The notes: generated from the letters alone by a model not told the origin. A stretch of DNA of 64,000 nucleotides from Bacteroidia bacterium (GCA_035340715.1 DAOQTX010000005.1:6453-70452); one strand, 5' to 3'. Shown: positions 29,487-40,071, counted from the first letter of the stretch. A program made the numbers and translations.

Positions 29487-32400
29487 ATGAAGAGAGTTTT
29501 ATCCCAACCATTACAGACAAAAGGCCTGTTATCCTTACGGTATTTCCTAGCTTTTTTTGTCTTTACGTTCTTTATTGGTTCCTCATTTGATGCATCGGCA
29601 CAAACAACCATAAGGGAAAATTTTGAAGGTTCTGTGTTTCCACCCTTTGGCTGGACACAAGGTAAAGGTGTCGGAGGCACCGATCCAGAAAATTATTGGG
29701 AAAGGGTAGGTAATCCTTCGGGATCTACACCGTCCATAAATGCACATTCTGGAAGTGGTCATGCGCGATATCGTTCGCGTTTTATGGCCAATGCAGGAGA
29801 GAACGCTTATCTATCTACACCAAAATTGGATATGACCAATATCCCCGGTGGAGGTACTCAAGTACGCTTTTCAATGTATAGAGATGCTTCAAGCAATATT
29901 TGGGATAGTTTAACAGTATTTGTTTCTAACACCCCAAATCCAGGAGGTGCCACTCGTTTAGGAATGATTCCAAGGTACTACAACTATGCTCCTACTGCTA
30001 CTTTGAATACTTGGAACAGATATACTTTTACTATTCCAAATTCATTTAACAACAGTAGCGTTTATGTAATTTTTCAAGGGACTAACAGAAGTGCATCAGC
30101 TGCAACTGGTGCAAATATTCACATCGACAGCGTTGAGGTGGACACATGGCCTAAGAACCAAACTTATGTGAGTTCAGAATTGATCTTTCAAGAAACGGCT
30201 GATGTTGGTAAAGCAACTATCAATGAAGTTATTGTTGGAGTTAGAATTGTAACTGATGGTGGTGCAAATAGAATCCGTCTCGACTCCCTATTGTTTAATC
30301 CAACCGGAACATCATTGTTATCAGACATTACAAATGCGAGAGTTTGGTGGACAAAAGGTACGAATCAATCGGTTGTGAGTGCCGGAAATCAATTTGGAGG
30401 AACTGTTGCAGCACCTAACTTTACCAATATGCGATTTGCCGGACCAGGTGTAGGTTTTTTTCTTGAAAATGGAGAGAATTATTTTTGGGTAAGTTATGAT
30501 ATTCCGGCAGGTGCTGTATCGGGTAATTGTGTAGATGTCGATTTAGGCGCTCCCGGAGGTTTGAATAATGGTATTGTTTACAGACCCGGCCCTGCTTATG
30601 CGGTATGGACATATCCTGTGCCTAATGCTCAGTCGCTGTTGGGTTGCAGATTGATTGATATTTCATACTGTATTCCATCTATGTCTACAGGTACTTCTTG
30701 GCTCAATGGTTCATACACCAATAACGATTACGTGGCGCGTGTTGCTCTAAAAGGAGAAGCATTCTCTACACCGGGATATGACTTTATTGATAATAATCAA
30801 AACTGTTGTGGACCACCAATAGCTCCATACTTTGGCGGACCTGCACCATTTAGTGCTCACCCTCCTGACTATGAACAATTTTCTCCAGGGCCATTAAAAA
30901 CGGCTACTCTTAAAGTAAACACCAACTATGCTGCAGGTGCAAATCCTGGCGCAGTTGGTACCGGTGGAGCCGGAATTTCTATGCAAGTTGGAACTTGGTC
31001 GTCTTCTAATTACGTTGCAGCGTGGATAGATTATAACAAAAATGGAAGTTTAGCCGATGCTGGTGAGAAAATAGCTCAAAGTACAGGATTGGCTGCTAAC
31101 GGTTGGTTTAATGCCGGGTTTACCGTTCCATTAGCTGCAACTATAGGTACAACAAGGCTACGAGTAAGAGAAGTATTTGCACAAAGTAATATTCAGCCAT
31201 GTAACAACTATACATTTGGAGAAACAGAAGATTATAAAGTGAGTATCATTCCCCAATGTCCTGCCGGAGTTAAGACTTGGCTAGGATTTACCAATGATTG
31301 GAATGTGCCCGGCAACTGGTGTGGTGGTGTACCAACAATTTCCGACATTGCTCTTATACAATTTGCGTCTTCTGGAACACCAGCTTCTGCTTATAATAGT
31401 CCTGTTATTAAAGCAGGTACCATGGCTACAGCAAGACGAATACGGCTTGCCGCTGGAGATTCGCTTACAATGGACGCTCATAAAAACAGTACACTAACTG
31501 TTCGAGATAGTTTGAATATTGGTTTTAATACCCCTGGAGGCGGCAACGCTTTGTTGAGAGTTATCAGTAACTTTAATGATACTGCACAAATTAGCAATGG
31601 TACTTTACCATTTCAGATCACTCCGTTCCGATCGAACAGAAGAAATCAGAAAATGCAAATCATTTACACGCCAACTGACTTTAGTTCTAGAGGAATGATT
31701 GCCGGTGATGTGATTGATACTTTAGCATTCCATATTTTTAGTAAGACATCTTTTCCGGGTTGGACTTTAAATAACTTTACTGTCAATGTTGCTAATTTAA
31801 GTGTCGCAGGATGGGTATGGCCCGCTGTGCCATTAAGTTTAGCACCAACAGGAGCTTGGACCAATGTATATTCAGGGGCCGTAACATTGCCCGGACCCCC
31901 TGCAAATTATACCTTTTATTTGCCTTTAATAGCTAACTCATTTATTTGGGATGGGGTTAGTTCCGTTGTTGTAGAGTTTTGTTTTGACAATACAATTGCC
32001 GGAACTTCAGGTTTTAGTGGTGATTTAATGGCTCAAACACAAACCGCAGGGGCACGAAGAACTATGTTTATCGAAAATGCTTCTGCACCGGGCGGTTGTA
32101 CTTTAAACTGGCCTTTATCACCAGGAAATACTGCGCAGAGTACGGAGTATCGTCCAAATATTACTTTCCATTTCCGAAGGCCATATGATAAGTATAACAT
32201 TAATATGATTGATACGGCCCAATGGATTAACAATGGAATCTTCCAGCCAGCTATTAGTCGTGTTAACTTTACGGGTGCAACACAAACCCAGCACATTATG
32301 GGGGCTCGCCCGACATCGTTTTACGATTTGAGGATTGCAAAAGGAGCTGCTTCCGTTGCAAGACAATTAGTTGGAGCTACTGTTACAGACTCATTGATTT

Positions 32401-33563
32401 TGCAAAGTGGTCAATACGATCTAAATCAGCTTGACCTTACCGTTACCAATCCGGCCACTTCAGCAATTACCTATACAACTGGTTATTTGTTTAGTGAAAC
32501 AGCGCCACCTGCTGCCTATGGACGTGTAAGAAAATATGTAGGTACCACCTTGGGTACTCATGTTATACCATTTGGTAACGCTGCAGGAAATCTGCTGCCA
32601 TTTTCCTATGATCAAACAGCAGGAGATGGTGATACCATTACCGCTTCAACATTTACAACTGCGGCTAATAATACACCATATCCTTATAATGTTGTGCATA
32701 TGCGTGATTTAGGTACAGGCACCGATTTGAGTGTTCCTAATGTGGTCGATCGTTTCTGGGAACTTCGTAAATCTGGTGCAACAGGTGTTGGTACACTAAC
32801 CTTTGTTCATGCCAATGGTGAACGTCCATCGTGTTGTGGAGGAAACAATACCTTAAAACCTCAACGATGGTTGAATCCAAATGGAAATGGATTGCCAGGT
32901 TGGGAAGTATTGCCTAATGCAAGTGCACATACTTATGTAACTAATAATATTAGCATTACTGCTATTTCAGCAATGAATGGTCCGTGGACGCTTTCAAATA
33001 TTCTTCAACCACTTCCTGTTCAATTGATTAATTATCAAGCCGAATTAATCAATGACAAAGTGAAATTGTTCTGGTCAGTTGCTTCTGAGTATAATATGGA
33101 AAGCTACTTGATCGAAAGAAGTCAGGATCTAAACAACTTTACATTCATTGATAAGGTAGCTAGTTTAGGCAATTCAACAACGCTTAGAGATTACTATACG
33201 TTTGATTATAATCCATTGGCTGGCTTACAATACTATAAGCTTACAGCATTCGAAAACGATGGAGGAATAGCATATACAGGAATTGTTCCGATTAAAGTTG
33301 GAAGAGATACTAAATTTGAAATTAGTTCGGTTCACTCTAACTATCAGTCGGGATTACTAGATGTAATCTTCACTTACAATAGCAATGAAGCCTACAAATA
33401 TTCTGTAGTTGATGTATTGGGAAGAACTTTATACAGTAAAGATAAAAATGCTGCTTCAGAAGGTTTGAATACCTTACAGATAAATGTTAATATGAGTAGC
33501 GGTATTTATTTCCTTTTGTTGGAAAACAGTAAAGAGAAATCAACCTATAAGTTCACTTATTAA
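29487..33563 (+). CDS. very large secreted surface protein: choice-of-anchor-J-like N-domain, GEVED-like domain, T9SS type A C-terminal domain
   Basis: It is 1358 aa with a signal peptide ending SFDASAQ. It has ENFEGSVFPPFGWTQ (choice-of-anchor-J style), WIDYNKNGSL...TTRLRVRE...GETEDYKVSI (GEVED style), and the terminal GIYFLLLENSKEKSTYKFTY. Confidence 0.75.
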   Translation: MKRVLSQPLQTKGLLSLRYFLAFFVFTFFIGSSFDASAQTTIRENFEGSVFPPFGWTQGKGVGGTDPENYWERVGNPSGSTPSINAHSGSGHARYRSRFMANAGENAYLSTPKLDMTNIPGGGTQVRFSMYRDASSNIWDSLTVFVSNTPNPGGATRLGMIPRYYNYAPTATLNTWNRYTFTIPNSFNNSSVYVIFQGTNRSASAATGANIHIDSVEVDTWPKNQTYVSSELIFQETADVGKATINEVIVGVRIVTDGGANRIRLDSLLFNPTGTSLLSDITNARVWWTKGTNQSVVSAGNQFGGTVAAPNFTNMRFAGPGVGFFLENGENYFWVSYDIPAGAVSGNCVDVDLGAPGGLNNGIVYRPGPAYAVWTYPVPNAQSLLGCRLIDISYCIPSMSTGTSWLNGSYTNNDYVARVALKGEAFSTPGYDFIDNNQNCCGPPIAPYFGGPAPFSAHPPDYEQFSPGPLKTATLKVNTNYAAGANPGAVGTGGAGISMQVGTWSSSNYVAAWIDYNKNGSLADAGEKIAQSTGLAANGWFNAGFTVPLAATIGTTRLRVREVFAQSNIQPCNNYTFGETEDYKVSIIPQCPAGVKTWLGFTNDWNVPGNWCGGVPTISDIALIQFASSGTPASAYNSPVIKAGTMATARRIRLAAGDSLTMDAHKNSTLTVRDSLNIGFNTPGGGNALLRVISNFNDTAQISNGTLPFQITPFRSNRRNQKMQIIYTPTDFSSRGMIAGDVIDTLAFHIFSKTSFPGWTLNNFTVNVANLSVAGWVWPAVPLSLAPTGAWTNVYSGAVTLPGPPANYTFYLPLIANSFIWDGVSSVVVEFCFDNTIAGTSGFSGDLMAQTQTAGARRTMFIENASAPGGCTLNWPLSPGNTAQSTEYRPNITFHFRRPYDKYNINMIDTAQWINNGIFQPAISRVNFTGATQTQHIMGARPTSFYDLRIAKGAASVARQLVGATVTDSLILQSGQYDLNQLDLTVTNPATSAITYTTGYLFSETAPPAAYGRVRKYVGTTLGTHVIPFGNAAGNLLPFSYDQTAGDGDTITASTFTTAANNTPYPYNVVHMRDLGTGTDLSVPNVVDRFWELRKSGATGVGTLTFVHANGERPSCCGGNNTLKPQRWLNPNGNGLPGWEVLPNASAHTYVTNNISITAISAMNGPWTLSNILQPLPVQLINYQAELINDKVKLFWSVASEYNMESYLIERSQDLNNFTFIDKVASLGNSTTLRDYYTFDYNPLAGLQYYKLTAFENDGGIAYTGIVPIKVGRDTKFEISSVHSNYQSGLLDVIFTYNSNEAYKYSVVDVLGRTLYSKDKNAASEGLNTLQINVNMSSGIYFLLLENSKEKSTYKFTY

Positions 33564-33584
33564 TTGAGTAAAAATAAAACGTGC

Positions 33585-33616
33585 AAAGCGCCTTCGGTTT
33601 CGGAGGCGCTTTTTTA
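33585..33616. terminator. intrinsic terminator between convergent genes
   Basis: The stem AGCGCCT (33587..33593) pairs with AGGCGCT (33604..33610), followed by T6. The tail is strong for the plus-strand gene and weaker (A3) for the minus-strand gene. Confidence 0.65.
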
Positions 33617-35803
33617 TTGTTTAACAATTTTGAATGAAACGATGGAAGAGTCTTGGATGATTTGAATCAAATATAATCCAGCAATTATTTTGCTTGTATT
33701 TATAATGGTGATCAGTTCTTCCGATGGATTAATAGATGTATCCAAAACACGTCTTCCGTCCAAGCTAAAAATAGTGATGTGTGCGTGTTTTCTAATTCCT
33801 TTTAGAATGAGTTGATCTGAAAAGGGTTGAGGGTAAGCAGAAATAGATTGTGTAATTCCTAAATCATTAATTGACAGGGAACCTCCGTTTAGATTATTTA
33901 ATTTAACAAAAGCCTGATAATATTGGTTCGCTAATAATAGATCAAAAACTAAAATTGAATTCTCATCATTTAATTGTTCTGCAGAGTTGCTCCAATTATG
34001 AGATCCTGTTAAAATCAAAGGATCGGCAAAAGGAAAACCTTGGTCAACTATTAAGAACTTGTGGTGCATAATTCCAGCTTGATTATCGATCATGATGTTT
34101 GAGCTTAATGCTGCTTGCATTATCTGAAATGGTATTCCTCCACTTCCGGTATCATTCACTAGAACATGACTCTGAACCCCTGCCATAGCACGTAAGGCAA
34201 TTTCATTGGCAAGATCTTGTCGTGTAATCACCAATACAGCAGCCTGCAGTTCAAAATCTGCGTTGTTTACACTATTTGCAATCGCTTCATTTGCATTATC
34301 GGATGGACTAAAGTACAGTTCTACCTGCTTTCCATTTACATTAAAGAGATGGGGTGTATTGTCCAATTTGTATGGGCCAAACTTAGCATTTGTGCTATTT
34401 GGGAGGGCTCCATTGCTTCCCCACATTTCCTCAAACTCCAGAGAATACGCTAGCGCAACACTTTGATCTTGTATAAATAAACAATTATTTGCATCCGTAT
34501 TTATCTGACCTGAAGTCCAATTGGTAGATCCTGTTAATACCCAACTGTCATTAGGATTAATACTAAATGCATCTATGATCATGAACTTGTTATGCATTAT
34601 ACCATATCCAATGTTTGTAGGACTAGCCAATCGTGGTATTGAACTATTCAATAATGCAACTCCTGCGTTACTATTACCGCCCTCATAAATTATGCGTACT
34701 TGTTTCCCATTTTGATAAGCGTTGTTCAAAGCAGAGGCAATGCTACTTATACCGCTTTGATCGAAATTATAGATGGCTATATCAATAGAGTATTTTGCTC
34801 TATTGATATAGGCAATAATCGTATCATCAATAGATTGACCAATGTTATAAGCTAAATTGCCTGCTATAGCAACATTGTGTTCCACTGGCAAGTTAAAGTA
34901 CGCTTTGAACTGTCCACTTGAATTTGAAGCAGTTATATAGGCTCTTAGAGGAGAAAATATAGTGTCGTTGCTGATATAGGCCACAGCTTGCCCGTAATAA
35001 AGCTGAGAAGCATTGGCCCCACTTATATTTAAACTATGGAATGTAGAATTGGTGCCTGCAGGAATTGAACCCAATTCAAGCAAAGAAGTTAAACCATATC
35101 GAAACTCGGATGTACAATTTAAATTAGTAGACCAATTAACTGTAAATCCACTTTGAGTAATAAATGACTCTTTAGGAAGAGTTGAAAAAAACAAACTGCT
35201 GGTATTGAGTATGTCATTGCTATCACGTGGCAATAACTGGAAATCATTATTAAATTGAGTACATATACCTCTAATGCTGCACAATCCGGCCGGTATCATT
35301 TTCCCTACTAATGGATTGCTACTGCGGATATAAATTTGTCCCTGATGTCCATTTGAAATGAAAGCATAAGCTGTGTTCGATTGGAATAATTGCCCTCCTG
35401 ATGCAAACAAGACGTTATTAATCTGCACTAATTCAGATTCAGTAGTTTCATTCAATAAATTGGGGTCAATTACTTGAGCCAATGGCATTTGATTCCCAGA
35501 ACTGAATACAGTATGGCTACTAATAGGATTTAGTTCAAGCAGATTAAAGTAATTAATTGAAGTACCACTCACTTGAATCGAATCTCCTCTTTGAACATTA
35601 GTCAAAGAAGTACTGAACAGAGCTATGCCTCCTGTTTGATCTTGAATATATCGTATGGTACCGAATTCAGAGCCGCTGGTTACAACACCTTTGATAGTAA
35701 CATTTGAACCCAAAGGAAGACTGCGGACGGAATCACAACTAATGATTTGTGCTGTTACTAGATCAGGCAATAACAAGAGAAGAAAAAACAATCGATACAT
35801 CAT
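33614..35803 (-). CDS. secreted phospholipase D/HKD-superfamily enzyme (possible nuclease) with an N-terminal OB-like barrel unit, an FN3-like spacer and a T9SS type A C-terminal domain
   Basis: The track ORF is 33614..35833. The likely start is MMYRLFFLLLLLPDLVTAQ (ATG 35803 or 35800). Two HKD motifs are present: GIMHNKFMIIDA...LTGSTNWT and GIMHHKFLIVDQ...LTGSHNWS. The N-terminus has VTIKGVVTSG..GTIRYIQDQTGGIALF, and the C-terminus has SAYPQPFSDQLIL...ITIFSLDGRRV...GLYLIQI. Confidence 0.8.
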   Translation of the reverse strand: MMYRLFFLLLLLPDLVTAQIISCDSVRSLPLGSNVTIKGVVTSGSEFGTIRYIQDQTGGIALFSTSLTNVQRGDSIQVSGTSINYFNLLELNPISSHTVFSSGNQMPLAQVIDPNLLNETTESELVQINNVLFASGGQLFQSNTAYAFISNGHQGQIYIRSSNPLVGKMIPAGLCSIRGICTQFNNDFQLLPRDSNDILNTSSLFFSTLPKESFITQSGFTVNWSTNLNCTSEFRYGLTSLLELGSIPAGTNSTFHSLNISGANASQLYYGQAVAYISNDTIFSPLRAYITASNSSGQFKAYFNLPVEHNVAIAGNLAYNIGQSIDDTIIAYINRAKYSIDIAIYNFDQSGISSIASALNNAYQNGKQVRIIYEGGNSNAGVALLNSSIPRLASPTNIGYGIMHNKFMIIDAFSINPNDSWVLTGSTNWTSGQINTDANNCLFIQDQSVALAYSLEFEEMWGSNGALPNSTNAKFGPYKLDNTPHLFNVNGKQVELYFSPSDNANEAIANSVNNADFELQAAVLVITRQDLANEIALRAMAGVQSHVLVNDTGSGGIPFQIMQAALSSNIMIDNQAGIMHHKFLIVDQGFPFADPLILTGSHNWSNSAEQLNDENSILVFDLLLANQYYQAFVKLNNLNGGSLSINDLGITQSISAYPQPFSDQLILKGIRKHAHITIFSLDGRRVLDTSINPSEELITIINTSKIIAGLYLIQIIQDSSIVSFKIVKQ

Positions 35804-35816
35804 GATGTAATGATAT

Positions 35817-35847
35817 AAAAAAAGGCCCTGCATATAGCAAGGCCCTT
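35817..35847 (-). terminator. weak or imperfect hairpin plus U7 between the lipoprotein and HKD genes (possible attenuator or partial terminator)
   Basis: The minus strand reads AAGGGCC-(11 nt)-GGGCCTT with one central mismatch, followed by TTTTTTT. Confidence 0.35.
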
Positions 35848-35865
35848 GTAAAGTTCATACAATGA

Positions 35866-37275
35866 CTATTGAACATCGGATAGATTTCTCATAGTAAATT
35901 GGGTAGCTGTACCAAAGTAAGAAACAATAGCTGTAATGTTAACGTTGGTGCTTGGATACACATTGTTTGCGAAGTTTGCTCCGGTACGAGTATAAAGGAT
36001 AGATGTAGCTGAACCATCGAATATATTTCGACTTCCTCCATAAGTAGCCCCTGTAGGCGTTATGGATACGTTGCTCAATGTAACTAAGGTTGACTCGTAT
36101 TGATTTTGATTCGCAACTACTTGCGCTATAGTTGTTGAAACTGGTGTAATAGATCCACTACCGGTAACAATTGCATTTGCATTCGGAACATTGTTTACTT
36201 GTAACAAACCACTGAATTTAGAAAGTTCCTGATTGTATAAGTTCACTTCAATCTCTTCACCTAAAGCGAAAGTATGACCAGATGCAAACCGTACCACAAT
36301 ACCTCCTGTGCTATCTTGAATTACCACATTTCGAGCATCAATATTAGCGTTACTGTAATCGGAAATAACAATGCCTTTGATTTTTATATTGGATTGAATG
36401 GTAGTTGTACTGCCGGGATAAAGATTTCTTACCGAGATAATATCTACAATTCCTGAACCACCTCCGGAACTGCAACGTGGATCGCTCATTACTACATCAT
36501 TTATATCACGAATGTAGAGTTGCTTGGTGGTTCCAAAAACTTGATAAACAGCTCTAAGTGTTCCTTTTCCTGAAGGAGTTAGAGATGAAGCGAAATTTGC
36601 GTAACCACTTGTTCTGAGGATAATTGTATTTCCACTGCAATCCTTAATGGTTCTATTTGCACTCAATAGGTTTATAGCATCTGCATAAGATTGGTTGGTA
36701 TCAGCATCTGCAAATTCAACATTTTGTAATTCAATCAACATGTTTTGATGAGCATTCGAAATATCGTTAATCCCTAATACTTTTGCTTTCACTTCTTGAT
36801 TATAAACTCCTTTGAATATATAGTTCCCTATAAGAGTAGATGGGATATAAGATACTGAAGCAGGGCTTGTGCTGTTATCGATAGAGCCGCCTAATTGAAT
36901 CAATTCATTATAGGCACCTAAATAAAGGCCATTACACTTTACAAATATCTTTCTGCCAATTGGAAACGAAGTGTAAAAATCACTTTGATCGATTCTAATA
37001 TTTATTCCACCAGTACTATCTTGCAATACAAGAGATTTATAAAAATTTCCAGACTTATCATCAGCAACTACAATACCGGAAATGATCATATCGGTATTTA
37101 CTTGTACAATAGTACCGTTATACAATGCCTTCAATTGAGCAATAGTGGTGTTGGGTGTTATAGCAGGATCTTGACCATCGGAAGGAGGATTATCAAAATC
37201 ATTTTTAACACATGAGCCAAGGGTTATACCGATCAGCAATAATAATGCAATAAAATAATGGTTCGTTTTTATCAT
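35866..37275 (-). CDS. surface lipoprotein made of two copies of a two-barrel (OB-like) unit; resembles what databases call DUF5689 (from memory)
   Basis: It is 469 aa with the lipobox GITLGSC. Unit 1 has IISGIVVADDKSGNFYKSLVLQDSTGGINIRI...IELQNVEF...GTLRAVYQVFGTTKQLYIRDINDV. Unit 2 has IKGIVISDYSN..ARNVVIQDSTGGIVVRF...VTLSNVSI...ITAIVSYFGTATQFTMRNLSDV. It starts 4 nt after the upstream barrel gene. Confidence 0.65.
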   Translation of the reverse strand: MIKTNHYFIALLLLIGITLGSCVKNDFDNPPSDGQDPAITPNTTIAQLKALYNGTIVQVNTDMIISGIVVADDKSGNFYKSLVLQDSTGGINIRIDQSDFYTSFPIGRKIFVKCNGLYLGAYNELIQLGGSIDNSTSPASVSYIPSTLIGNYIFKGVYNQEVKAKVLGINDISNAHQNMLIELQNVEFADADTNQSYADAINLLSANRTIKDCSGNTIILRTSGYANFASSLTPSGKGTLRAVYQVFGTTKQLYIRDINDVVMSDPRCSSGGGSGIVDIISVRNLYPGSTTTIQSNIKIKGIVISDYSNANIDARNVVIQDSTGGIVVRFASGHTFALGEEIEVNLYNQELSKFSGLLQVNNVPNANAIVTGSGSITPVSTTIAQVVANQNQYESTLVTLSNVSITPTGATYGGSRNIFDGSATSILYTRTGANFANNVYPSTNVNITAIVSYFGTATQFTMRNLSDVQ

Positions 37276-37279
37276 GATA

Positions 37280-40048
37280 TTAATTCATTCTTAAAGTTAT
37301 GTTGAAAAAATAATTGATGCCGTACGCATAAAAATATTTGGTATCAAATTTATCTGGGTTTCTGTCGGAAAAATCAAAGCGTAATTGCTCGTACCCATTG
37401 GTAATAAAATCCTGATTGTTCAGAAGATTGTTTATTCCTAAATTAAATACGACAAATGTATTTCTCTTTAGCGCTTTAAATTTATTGTTCAAGCGCCATG
37501 ACCAAGAGCCAAATACATCTACAGTAAACTGACCGTCCACTTTTTCCTGACTCAGAATTCTATTCCATTCAGCAGAAGAATAAGGAATTAAATCGACTGC
37601 GGCTTGTGTTCTTCTTGCAGGGTTAGTGTTAATGTATATGGCATCAAAATAATTGAAGTTTACATTTACAAACCAAAATTTCTTTGACCGATAATTTACA
37701 CCAAAAGTATATGCTTGTTGTGGCCCAGCAGCAATTCTTAAATTTTTAAAGTAAATGGTTTCATTATTAGATAAAACCTCACTGTTATTGTCTTGCGTCA
37801 CAGTAGCACTTGGTCTCGATTGATAATAGTATTGACCAATGGCTGCAACTGCACTCAGTGTGAATCCTCCATATAATTTCTTCTCGGCAGCCAACTCCAT
37901 TCCACTGTGATTTCGATCGATTCCTTTTAACGTATAGTTAACAAAAGATCTGAAGTCTTCATGATAAAAACTCAATGTAGATACTTCATCCCTGAATGCT
38001 GTAAAATATCCTACGGCTCTTAGTTTTAAAGAAGGCGCCTTTAATAAATATCCTCCTTCTACACTAAATACTTTGCTTTGCTCAGGATTTTCAATCGATT
38101 GATTGCGTGTTCGGGCAGAAATAAATACATCTTCAAACAATGGCGCATGCGATGCATTGGCTAGATTGGTGAACAGATAATTTCGTCCGTTTATCTTATA
38201 GGTTAATCCCGTTTTAACCATATAACCGGTGAAGGAATAGGTTTTACTTTTTCCAAAAGAATCGTCCTTGAAAATTCCATTTTTAACGTTACCATTTCTA
38301 TAATAACTTGTTTGATTCAGTTGAACAGCTGCAAACCAATCAAATTTTTCCCATTGACTTTGCAATTGAAAAAATGCTGCGCCATTTCTTAAAACTGCAT
38401 CATAGTCATATCCAAAGCGATCGCCTTCTTTTAGAATTCGATTTGGATTGTTCAAATCGTTTTGAAGTGCATCCGGATCATCAGGAAAATCTTGCTCCGC
38501 ATATTGATTTAGATCTACATAAAAATCGGCTCCTAACAAATCATTAACTTCTTTGTAATATGAATTGTTTTGCATTTGCATAGAAAGTCCAGCAGAGTAT
38601 TGAATGTTTTTAAGGGTCTTATTGTAAACTAAATTTCCTTGAGTAGTTTGATATTCTGTTACCCGATCCTCAACAATATAGCGAGCGCGCAATCCACTAA
38701 CGGTATTACCAGCAATTCCGTTGGCATTTTGAATGCTGGCATAGCTGTTATAGTTGACTAAATACAGTTGGTCCCAATTGATTTGTCTTTGCGCTTCATT
38801 GTTTTTTAGTTGTTGATATACCATCGAAGCTATTATAGGATCGGTTTGAAAGCTTGGAAGATTTCGATAATAATCGGGTCGGGGATCAGGGGCATTGTAC
38901 CAATCCAATGCTGATACTTTGCTCGTACCATTCAACATGGAAACAGAGGCAAACAAGGTAGCATTGTCTTCAACCCGATATTCGTAATTTAAAAAGAAGG
39001 CGGGTAGAAAGGATTTGTTTACTACGGCATTTCGTTTTTCACCTTGTTGATAGCCCCAGTTTGGATTGTAATAATTGGTACCTGAAAGGTCATACATTTC
39101 CTGTACTGAAGGGCTAGATTTTCCAAACTCGGATGGACTTGCAAGCGCAATAAAACTAATTGTGTGTTGCAGGCCAATTTGTTTATCTACTGCAGCGAAC
39201 ATTGAATAACCATCATAATAAGAACCGGGAGCATAGCCTTCATCGGCCCATCTTTTCGATCCAGACAAAGCAAACGCCCAACCTTTACTATTCATTCCAG
39301 AGCCATACGTAAGCATAAGTCTGTTTTCGTAAGTTCGGTTTGAAACAGCATATGAAGCTTGCAATTGTTTTCTTTGTCGCACAGCACGACTGTCAATATT
39401 TGAGCTACCTCCAATTCCTCCAATACCATAAGTTACAGGGTCCAAACCGTAACTTCCTTCACGTGCTCTCATCACATCGTTTAATCCACTATACACATAA
39501 AACATTGATCTTCCAGAAACCATATCGGTGAGTTGCATGCCATTCAGATAATTCACTTGTTCTCTTCCATCATAACCACGAGCTCTGAATCGGGCACCAC
39601 TAAATGTGAAATTAACAGCCGATGTAAATGCATCACGCGATGCTGATAAAGCGCCAGAAACTATAGCGGCTGATTCTCTAATATCCGATTCGCTAATGGT
39701 GCTTAGCGGAACTTCTTCTTGAACTTGTCCAATCTCTTTAAGCAAAAGAGCAACTGTTCCGAGGAAGTGTTGTTCTTTACTAACCAATATACTTCGTGAG
39801 AAAGTAACATAGTCGGCATGGCTTATTAAAATAACCTGTTCTCCGTTTGGTATATTAGATAATTCAAAAAATCCTTTTTCATTGCTGCTTACTGTGAGGT
39901 TTGAATTGACAATCTGAATGCTTGCATTTTGAATCGCTTGTCCACTCTCGTTGTCGATTAAGTTGCCACTTATTTTTGAATTTTGAGCTAGAATCCAAGT
40001 AGGAAAAAGGAGCAAAATCAAGAGGCTAATACATTTGATAATTTTCAT
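37280..40048 (-). CDS. TonB-dependent-receptor-like outer membrane barrel with a carboxypeptidase-regulatory-like N-domain
   Basis: It is 922 aa with a signal peptide. It has ISGNLIDNESGQAIQNASIQIV...GFFELSNIPNGEQVILISHADY (CarboxypepD_reg-like), a plug-like segment (RARGYDGREQVNYLNGMQL) and a long beta-rich region ending in ...FNITLRMN. Confidence 0.75.
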   Translation of the reverse strand: MKIIKCISLLILLLFPTWILAQNSKISGNLIDNESGQAIQNASIQIVNSNLTVSSNEKGFFELSNIPNGEQVILISHADYVTFSRSILVSKEQHFLGTVALLLKEIGQVQEEVPLSTISESDIRESAAIVSGALSASRDAFTSAVNFTFSGARFRARGYDGREQVNYLNGMQLTDMVSGRSMFYVYSGLNDVMRAREGSYGLDPVTYGIGGIGGSSNIDSRAVRQRKQLQASYAVSNRTYENRLMLTYGSGMNSKGWAFALSGSKRWADEGYAPGSYYDGYSMFAAVDKQIGLQHTISFIALASPSEFGKSSPSVQEMYDLSGTNYYNPNWGYQQGEKRNAVVNKSFLPAFFLNYEYRVEDNATLFASVSMLNGTSKVSALDWYNAPDPRPDYYRNLPSFQTDPIIASMVYQQLKNNEAQRQINWDQLYLVNYNSYASIQNANGIAGNTVSGLRARYIVEDRVTEYQTTQGNLVYNKTLKNIQYSAGLSMQMQNNSYYKEVNDLLGADFYVDLNQYAEQDFPDDPDALQNDLNNPNRILKEGDRFGYDYDAVLRNGAAFFQLQSQWEKFDWFAAVQLNQTSYYRNGNVKNGIFKDDSFGKSKTYSFTGYMVKTGLTYKINGRNYLFTNLANASHAPLFEDVFISARTRNQSIENPEQSKVFSVEGGYLLKAPSLKLRAVGYFTAFRDEVSTLSFYHEDFRSFVNYTLKGIDRNHSGMELAAEKKLYGGFTLSAVAAIGQYYYQSRPSATVTQDNNSEVLSNNETIYFKNLRIAAGPQQAYTFGVNYRSKKFWFVNVNFNYFDAIYINTNPARRTQAAVDLIPYSSAEWNRILSQEKVDGQFTVDVFGSWSWRLNNKFKALKRNTFVVFNLGINNLLNNQDFITNGYEQLRFDFSDRNPDKFDTKYFYAYGINYFFNITLRMN

Positions 40049-40071
40049 GAATGTGTTCTAAAAAGGATGCC

